This document shows, piece by piece, positions 33,900 through 39,517 of a stretch of 39,517 bases of DNA. The translations under genes and the position numbers were made by a program. Under the pieces are notes generated by a model. That model did no database searches. It worked only from the letters and a program-made list of their open reading frames with translations, and was not told where the DNA came from. Within the stretch, counting starts at the first letter, position 1; every line of letters begins with the position of its first letter. The stretch comes from Deltaproteobacteria bacterium (lineage in GTDB: Bacteria; JAEEML01), in the NCBI GenBank assembly GCA_016283195.1, contig JAEEML010000133.1:1-39517 (forward strand). Reading direction: 5' to 3'.

Positions 33900-36116
33900 A
33901 TGAGCGACCTCACAGGGCTTTTGGATGAGCTTGAAGGCGAACTGGATGATGTTCTTGCCCCGGAAAGCGCAGCCATAAACGACATTGCCAATAAAGAAGG
34001 CCACGCTAGTGAACACCGCTTTTTCGGCCCATATGAGCTGATCGAGCTGGTGGGGCAGGGCGGAGTGGCCGAGGTCTATCGCGCTACCCATGTCAATCCC
34101 GCTTATGCCGGCCAGGTTTTTGCTGTTAAACTTTTGCATGAGGATGTCTCCCGCAATGCGCAAATAGTGGAGTTTTTCCGCGCCGAGGCTTATTTGCTCT
34201 CCCTTTTGCGCCATCCCAATATCGTGCGCACTTTTGAAGCCAGCGCCATTGATTCCACTCTATATCTCGCCATGGAATATATTGAGGGGCGCAATTTGGA
34301 AGAGCTCAATGTGCAGCTCATCCGCGCCGGCCTCTCCATGCCGCGTTCCATCATTTTGTATATTGTTTCCGAAGTTTCCCGCGCTTTGCAATTTGCCCAT
34401 AATTTGACCGACAGCGAAGGTCATCGCCTGGGTGTGGTGCATCGCGATGTCAATCCGGCCAATATCTTTTTAGATTTTAACGGCCGGGTGCTTTTGGGCG
34501 ATTTCGGCGTGGCGGTTATTAATAACGCCAGTGTTTCAAGCGCCCAGAAGGAGCAAGTGGCCATGGCCGGTAAAGCCGGCTATTTTGCCCCTGAGCAATT
34601 TGAAGGCCAGAGCGATTATCGGGCCGATATTTACGCTCTCGGCATTGTTCTTTATGAGCGCCTGGCCGGCCATTTACTCTTTGAAGGTGAGAGCACAGAG
34701 CAAATTTTGAAGGCCAACAGGCGGGGTAAAATCCCACTTTTGCCGCCCGACAAAGCCTCGCCGGAAATAAACGCTATTTTGCAAAAGATCCTGGCGCGCT
34801 CCCCGAAAGATCGTTACCAAAGCGCCGGCAGAGTGCAAAAGGCACTGGAACCTCTTTTGCCACCGCCGCCGGTTATGCGCCTTGCTGTGGCCGTTTTGAT
34901 GCGTTCGCTTTTTGTAAGCGAATATAGCCATGAGCTTTTACTCAAAGAGCAGCATTACGGCAATGAGCTAAGTCCAAGTAAAAACCCGGTACTGGTTATT
35001 TCCCATGATGAAAGAACCCGTCTCGCTTTTCGTGATTTGCTCATCTCCAAGGGCTATCCCACCGCCACTATTGCCGGCATAGACAGCTTGCAAACAGTTT
35101 TAGAAGCCGCTACTGTGCCTGAAGTAATTTTGGTGGATATCCATAGTCCCACCTTTTCACCGCTTTTGTTTCGTTCCAAACTTTCCGCCTATAAACACAC
35201 GCCGGCTATTGTGGCTTTAAGTAATGATTTTTCTTTGACTTCTATTGAGGCTGCCCATGCTCTTGGGGCTATAGATTTGCTCTTTAAGCCCTATAGTATT
35301 GAGCGCGTTATTTGCTCTATTATCGAAGCGGCCATGAAGGCCCATCCTTTGCAAAATAATACTATTTCGGCCCCTATTAATAACGAAAACAGTTTTGCTA
35401 CCAGTGTGGCTATTATTTCCCAAAATGATGAGCTGGTGGAGCATTTTAAAAATAGCTTGAAACATGCCGGCTATAATCTGGAATATTTAAAAAATTCCGC
35501 TGCTTTGGTGGAAGCTATTCACCACAAGAGCTTTAAAGCGGTTATTTATGACGCTATGAGCCCGCTTTTGGCGCAAGAAGCGCCTACTTTGCCGGCTATG
35601 TTCCATGATTTACCCGGCTTTGAGTCTCTGCCGCTTATTTATTTGGCTGAAGGAAAAGAGGCTATAGATTTAGCCAATTTGAAGACGCTCAAAAGGACGG
35701 CCGTTACTTGCAGTGATGTGCGCCCGGTGCACCTGGCCAGAGTTATTGAGCGCCTGCTTTCCGGCGAAAAATATGGCCGCTGTTTTACCCGTTATGCCCA
35801 AAAATGTGCTGTTTCCTTGCGCCACGGCGGGCAGATTTTTGAAGGAGTTACCGAAAATATTAGTCGCGGCGGCCTTTTGGTGCGCTGCGGCGCTGTGCCG
35901 GCTCTTGAGGCCACCATCGGCATTACTCTAAAATTGCCTATTTTTTCCGAGCCTATTGAAGTGCGCGGCAAAGTAGTGCGCGTGACACCGGCCAGTGCCG
36001 CTTTTGACGGTAAACCTGGCACCGGTGTCTCTTTCCTCTCTTTTGCCGGCGACAGCGAAGAACTCCTCGTTTCATATATTATTTATATGGAAGAAAAGAA
36101 CGTGCCCAAGGTTTAG
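33900..36116 (+). CDS. Hanks-type Ser/Thr protein kinase fused to a receiver domain, a degenerate receiver-like domain and a PilZ domain
   Basis: Kinase: GQGGVAEVY, AVK, HRDVNPAN, DFG, APEQ, DIYALG. REC: VILVDI...IVALS...FKPY. PilZ: RCFTRY...ENISRGG...VRGKVVR...GTGVSF. Confidence 0.88.
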   Translation: MSDLTGLLDELEGELDDVLAPESAAINDIANKEGHASEHRFFGPYELIELVGQGGVAEVYRATHVNPAYAGQVFAVKLLHEDVSRNAQIVEFFRAEAYLLSLLRHPNIVRTFEASAIDSTLYLAMEYIEGRNLEELNVQLIRAGLSMPRSIILYIVSEVSRALQFAHNLTDSEGHRLGVVHRDVNPANIFLDFNGRVLLGDFGVAVINNASVSSAQKEQVAMAGKAGYFAPEQFEGQSDYRADIYALGIVLYERLAGHLLFEGESTEQILKANRRGKIPLLPPDKASPEINAILQKILARSPKDRYQSAGRVQKALEPLLPPPPVMRLAVAVLMRSLFVSEYSHELLLKEQHYGNELSPSKNPVLVISHDERTRLAFRDLLISKGYPTATIAGIDSLQTVLEAATVPEVILVDIHSPTFSPLLFRSKLSAYKHTPAIVALSNDFSLTSIEAAHALGAIDLLFKPYSIERVICSIIEAAMKAHPLQNNTISAPINNENSFATSVAIISQNDELVEHFKNSLKHAGYNLEYLKNSAALVEAIHHKSFKAVIYDAMSPLLAQEAPTLPAMFHDLPGFESLPLIYLAEGKEAIDLANLKTLKRTAVTCSDVRPVHLARVIERLLSGEKYGRCFTRYAQKCAVSLRHGGQIFEGVTENISRGGLLVRCGAVPALEATIGITLKLPIFSEPIEVRGKVVRVTPASAAFDGKPGTGVSFLSFAGDSEELLVSYIIYMEEKNVPKV

Positions 36117-37495
36117 GCTAGGGCGCAGGTAGCTTCAAGTTCAATGTATGGCAATTTTGTGCTGGCATTTTCACCGCTATCGGGCCCCAGCCATTTGTAG
36201 AGGTGGCTCCCTTCCGGAGTAATAATGGCAAAAGTTGCGCCGTTGCCTTTGGGCCCCTGTTCTACCTCGCGGCTTACCCAAGAGCCACTATTTATATAAG
36301 TATAATTATGGCCGCTGGTATTAGTGGCAGTTAAAAACTCAGCTTGGTGGCTATGGCCAAAGATGACAACTCTGGCTCCGGTGATAGTGGCTATTTTTTC
36401 GGCCGTTTGCCGTAAATCCCGGGGACCGTTGCGATCTTCCAAAAGATTGGAAACTGTTTGGCGCACTGAGAGTTCAAAAGGCTTTTGGTTAAGAGCAGAT
36501 AAAGCTTTTAAAACCGGCTGGCCATAAGGAGATTCATGGATAAAATCCTCGCGGGCCTTAGCCGCCGCCTGCGTGAGCGTTTCTGTCTCGGTGAGGGCGC
36601 TCAGATCTTTTACCGCACTATTTAAAGCTTTAATGACAGCGTAGCGCTCTCTAATGGTTAGATTCTCTAAAAGCTTTGTAATATTCAGACCTTCTATCCC
36701 GTGAGTAGAAAAGTCCGGCAAAAGATCGGCGATATAGGGCAAAGAGCGTTGAATAATTGGGGTGGCAATGAGCGGCGGATCAAGCCGGGCGAGCGGCAGG
36801 AGCGGCTCTTTTACGCTGCACATATTATCAAACATGTGACCATGCTCGATATGGTAATATCCCGGTTTAGCCAAAAACCATGGCTTAAAATCTATAGCGG
36901 CCAAAAAAGCGTCGCGCTCTTCGGCGCTTAGAGGATTCTCTTTTTGCGCTCTAAAACGCAGCTCAAGCTTTTCAAGTAAAAAATCTTTAAATGCCAATCT
37001 AACATCCGAAAGATAAAGCTCTAAATCATGATTCCCGGATATAAAAGTGATTTTGTGGCCGGCCAGAATAAAATTAACTAGGCTTTCCATCAGTGGGAGG
37101 TAGGCCTGGCAAAGCGAATTCATTTTTTCGGCTATTTTGGCCGGTGTTTCGTCGATATTTACCTTTTGAGCCTCCCGGGCCGTGTTGTAGAGCCACTCCG
37201 GATCGGCAGTCGGAGCGGTGGCCCGCAAGCTGATTTTTAAAAAATCAAAAGCATCGCCGTTAAAAACCAGGTGCCAGGGGTGCCCGGCCTGGGTATTTTC
37301 CGCAAAATAGTTAATAAATTCGGAAAATTTTTGATTAAGCGCACTAATTAATTTTAAAAGTCCGGCCGAGCCGAATTCGCTTAAATCCTCACCGAGATGG
37401 AGGTCGGAAACTATAAGCAAATTAGCGACTTCACTGCCGTTATCTATGGTTTTAATGCGTTTTTTGGCCTTTAAAAATGGCAGAAAATTAAGCAT
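36113..37495 (-). CDS. Calcineurin-like metallophosphoesterase
   Basis: SDLHLG, NGDAFD, GNHD, EHGH, FGHSH and YINSGSW. Confidence 0.88.
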   Translation of the reverse strand: MLNFLPFLKAKKRIKTIDNGSEVANLLIVSDLHLGEDLSEFGSAGLLKLISALNQKFSEFINYFAENTQAGHPWHLVFNGDAFDFLKISLRATAPTADPEWLYNTAREAQKVNIDETPAKIAEKMNSLCQAYLPLMESLVNFILAGHKITFISGNHDLELYLSDVRLAFKDFLLEKLELRFRAQKENPLSAEERDAFLAAIDFKPWFLAKPGYYHIEHGHMFDNMCSVKEPLLPLARLDPPLIATPIIQRSLPYIADLLPDFSTHGIEGLNITKLLENLTIRERYAVIKALNSAVKDLSALTETETLTQAAAKAREDFIHESPYGQPVLKALSALNQKPFELSVRQTVSNLLEDRNGPRDLRQTAEKIATITGARVVIFGHSHQAEFLTATNTSGHNYTYINSGSWVSREVEQGPKGNGATFAIITPEGSHLYKWLGPDSGENASTKLPYIELEATCALA

Positions 37496-37511
37496 TAAAT
37501 TCTCAATTACT

Positions 37512-38246
37512 TTAGCCGGTAATGCGGGCTAAAAGTGCCGTTTGACCGTCTTCTTTAAAAAGCGCCGCCTCATGGCCGTTATCTATTTTACGAACCATGA
37601 TTTTTAGTCTTTCGCCTTCAAAGCACTGAGCTCTATAAGCCACTTCAATATCTTTTATGGCCAGTTCCTTTTGCTCTTTTACGGAAAAAGCATCCATAAG
37701 TACGCGGATATAGGCAGTGTTATTCATGTGTTTGCTGCCATCGATATCGGTGGCGCGCACAATATATTCGCCGCGCTCTTCTTCGGGGGCAAAATCGGGC
37801 TCTATGTGTGAAAAGTCGCCGGGGCATGACGTGCGTTCAATTGCTTTAAAATCCGGTGGATAGGCTAGGCTGATGGGCGGCGGGCGGCCACTGGTTATGC
37901 TAAGCGCTGCCCACTCATTTTTAGCTTCTATGATGAGGCTGCCGCTTTGGTCTTTCATTTCATAGTAGCGCATACAGCGATAGGCTCTTTCTTCCGGTGC
38001 CGCCGGCCAGGTGGAGAGAGTAACTCTTTCCAAAAGGCGCGGGCGCAAATGAAAGTGGACTTTGGTGCGCACAGCTACCCAAAAAAGCCCCTTTTGTGCC
38101 ATTTCGGTGAGGCCAAAAGATGATTCTTCGCTCTGTACGGTGGCTATATCCATTAAAAGATTAAAGGTGTGATAAATACCCAGGCGGAAATCGTAATCGC
38201 AAAAGCTGGTAGTTATTTGCAAATCTTTGGTGAGAATGTTGCTCAT
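37512..38246 (-). CDS. Acyl-ACP thioesterase (FatA/B-like, double hotdog)
   Basis: LFWVAVRT...RP...LSTWP, then RATDIDGSKHMNNTAY and Y..QC.EGE. Confidence 0.88.
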   Translation of the reverse strand: MSNILTKDLQITTSFCDYDFRLGIYHTFNLLMDIATVQSEESSFGLTEMAQKGLFWVAVRTKVHFHLRPRLLERVTLSTWPAAPEERAYRCMRYYEMKDQSGSLIIEAKNEWAALSITSGRPPPISLAYPPDFKAIERTSCPGDFSHIEPDFAPEEERGEYIVRATDIDGSKHMNNTAYIRVLMDAFSVKEQKELAIKDIEVAYRAQCFEGERLKIMVRKIDNGHEAALFKEDGQTALLARITG

Positions 38247-38329
38247 AGAATTATACCTTACAGCGCCATGATACTTCGAAACGGCGCAGAAAATGCTTTA
38301 TCCGTTTTGTGGGGAAGACTGCAAGAAAA

Positions 38330-39517
38330 TTAGTTAGCCGGGTTCAAAACGCGGCCGACAAAGAGGGGAGTTTTGCTTTCTTTTTCATAGATAGCAAAGA
38401 AGAAGGGCCGATCGATGATTATAGAGATAATTTCCGGCTCGTCTGTTTCACCATCTATGGCGCCCTCGTTCGAAACAACTGCCGTAGCTGCCGCGGCTTC
38501 TACCCCTTTTTCGTCCAGGCCAACAAAGGTTTTATGATATATTTCGTCAATATAAAGCAGATTCTTTTCTTTGGTCATTAGGGAGAAATTGGCCTTCCCT
38601 GTCATATCAAAGGCCTCAACCATGCCTAGAGATTTTAGAGGTGCGCTAAGAGAGAGCGAAGTATCAAAAGTGAAGGGGGGAAGCTCAACGTATACCTCTT
38701 TTTTGTTACTTAATGAGCTAAAAATATTGCTAACGAGGCTGCCATTTAGTTTGTTGGCGATAGTGCTGAATGAACCGGCATCAGGCACCACAAATAGCAC
38801 CTCAAAACTCTTATTATACAAAGGCAGAGAAACAGCGGCAAAACTATCTCCCTTCATATATTTGAAATTATTAGAGGCATATAGCTTGTCAAGTTCTTTT
38901 TTGTTCCCATCAAGATTGTTAAAGGAAATGTGACCGTCTTTTTTTATTTCGTCGTCCCAAGGTGCTTTAAAAAAGAGAGCATTGGTGATTACCGACATGG
39001 TGGCCGCTGTAATGCCCTTTTCAGGAATCAGGTTTTTGATGCGGCTATTGGTATCTTTTTCAACAACACTATTGATGTACTTGCGGGCTTTTTCCGGGTC
39101 GGCGGCAAAATCAATTTCCTCGAGACCGGCGCCGTAATTTTCCGCCAAAAGGTCGAGCCAAGCTGTAGCCCAGGTATATTTTTTGGTGGAGAAGTACAAA
39201 TTATTAGAGCTCTTTATCTCCACGGCGTCGTGTTTATTATATTCGCTATTATCGGCCGGTTCGTTTTTAGACATAACGAGGGCTTCCAGCTTGTTTAGGG
39301 CATCGTGGGTATTGCTACCAAAATGGAGCACATTTTTCATCTCATCGGCAGTGTTACCGGCCGCGCCACCCCAGGTCATGCCAAGAGCCATCTGAATACT
39401 AAAGGTGGAAATCATGGCATTTTGACCTTCTATTTGCTCTTCCGCAGCTTTTAATAGCTCAAAATTAAGGTCGTATTGACCTTCTACAAATGAGGCCAGG
39501 GCACTTTCGCTAATTGC
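38330..39517 (-). CDS. Serpin family serine protease inhibitor, 5'-truncated by the window edge
   Basis: IS.FSIQMALGM, IN..VEKDTNSRIKNLI, ITNALFFKAPW, HKTFVGLDEKGVEAAAAT and DRPFFFAI...LFVGRV.NP. The frame stays open from 39415 to 39517 (AISESALASFVEGQYDLNFELLK...). Confidence 0.93.
   Translation of the reverse strand, partial: AISESALASFVEGQYDLNFELLKAAEEQIEGQNAMISTFSIQMALGMTWGGAAGNTADEMKNVLHFGSNTHDALNKLEALVMSKNEPADNSEYNKHDAVEIKSSNNLYFSTKKYTWATAWLDLLAENYGAGLEEIDFAADPEKARKYINSVVEKDTNSRIKNLIPEKGITAATMSVITNALFFKAPWDDEIKKDGHISFNNLDGNKKELDKLYASNNFKYMKGDSFAAVSLPLYNKSFEVLFVVPDAGSFSTIANKLNGSLVSNIFSSLSNKKEVYVELPPFTFDTSLSLSAPLKSLGMVEAFDMTGKANFSLMTKEKNLLYIDEIYHKTFVGLDEKGVEAAAATAVVSNEGAIDGETDEPEIISIIIDRPFFFAIYEKESKTPLFVGRVLNPAN

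Noticed and set aside
37512-38246. Acyl-ACP thioesterase as the missing PKS-NRPS release enzyme
   Set aside because: It lies about 24 kb away in another transcription unit and belongs to a hotdog-fold fatty-acid family, so nothing links it to the cluster.

Overview
Bacterial chromosomal window of moderate GC with about 30 CDS. I found no rRNA, tRNA, CRISPR array, transposase or integrase. Core genes are a yciO/Sua5-family gene, a phospho-sugar mutase, maf, trmD, a TIGR03960/TIGR03936 radical SAM fusion with a GT4 gene, znuACB and yraN-rsmI-lptE-holA. Several genes look myxobacterial or deltaproteobacterial: a PDZ-type gspC, a Ser/Thr kinase-REC-PilZ fusion and a Cys-rich repeat lipoprotein. 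Others resemble gut-anaerobe genes: an MFS transporter, two PIN toxin-antitoxin pairs, an acyl-ACP thioesterase and a serpin. A host-associated Myxococcota-like organism is therefore inferred, not proven. There are three highlights. (1) A compact, partly AT-rich PKS-NRPS pair (4815-13618): an AT-less KS-ACP-pseudoACP protein coupled to a C-A-T-C-A-T NRPS. Its A domains resemble the diaminobutyrate (Dab)-activating type, and it ends in an unassigned, possibly GNAT-like domain instead of a thioesterase. (2) A full-length MurA homologue that has lost almost all catalytic residues and heads an envelope/replication operon. (3) A dispersed CCCTCACCCC...GGGGTGAGGG palindromic repeat family lying immediately upstream of three genes and apparently supplying the ribosome-binding site (RBS) for two of them. 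Family calls come from recognised motifs only; no searches were run.
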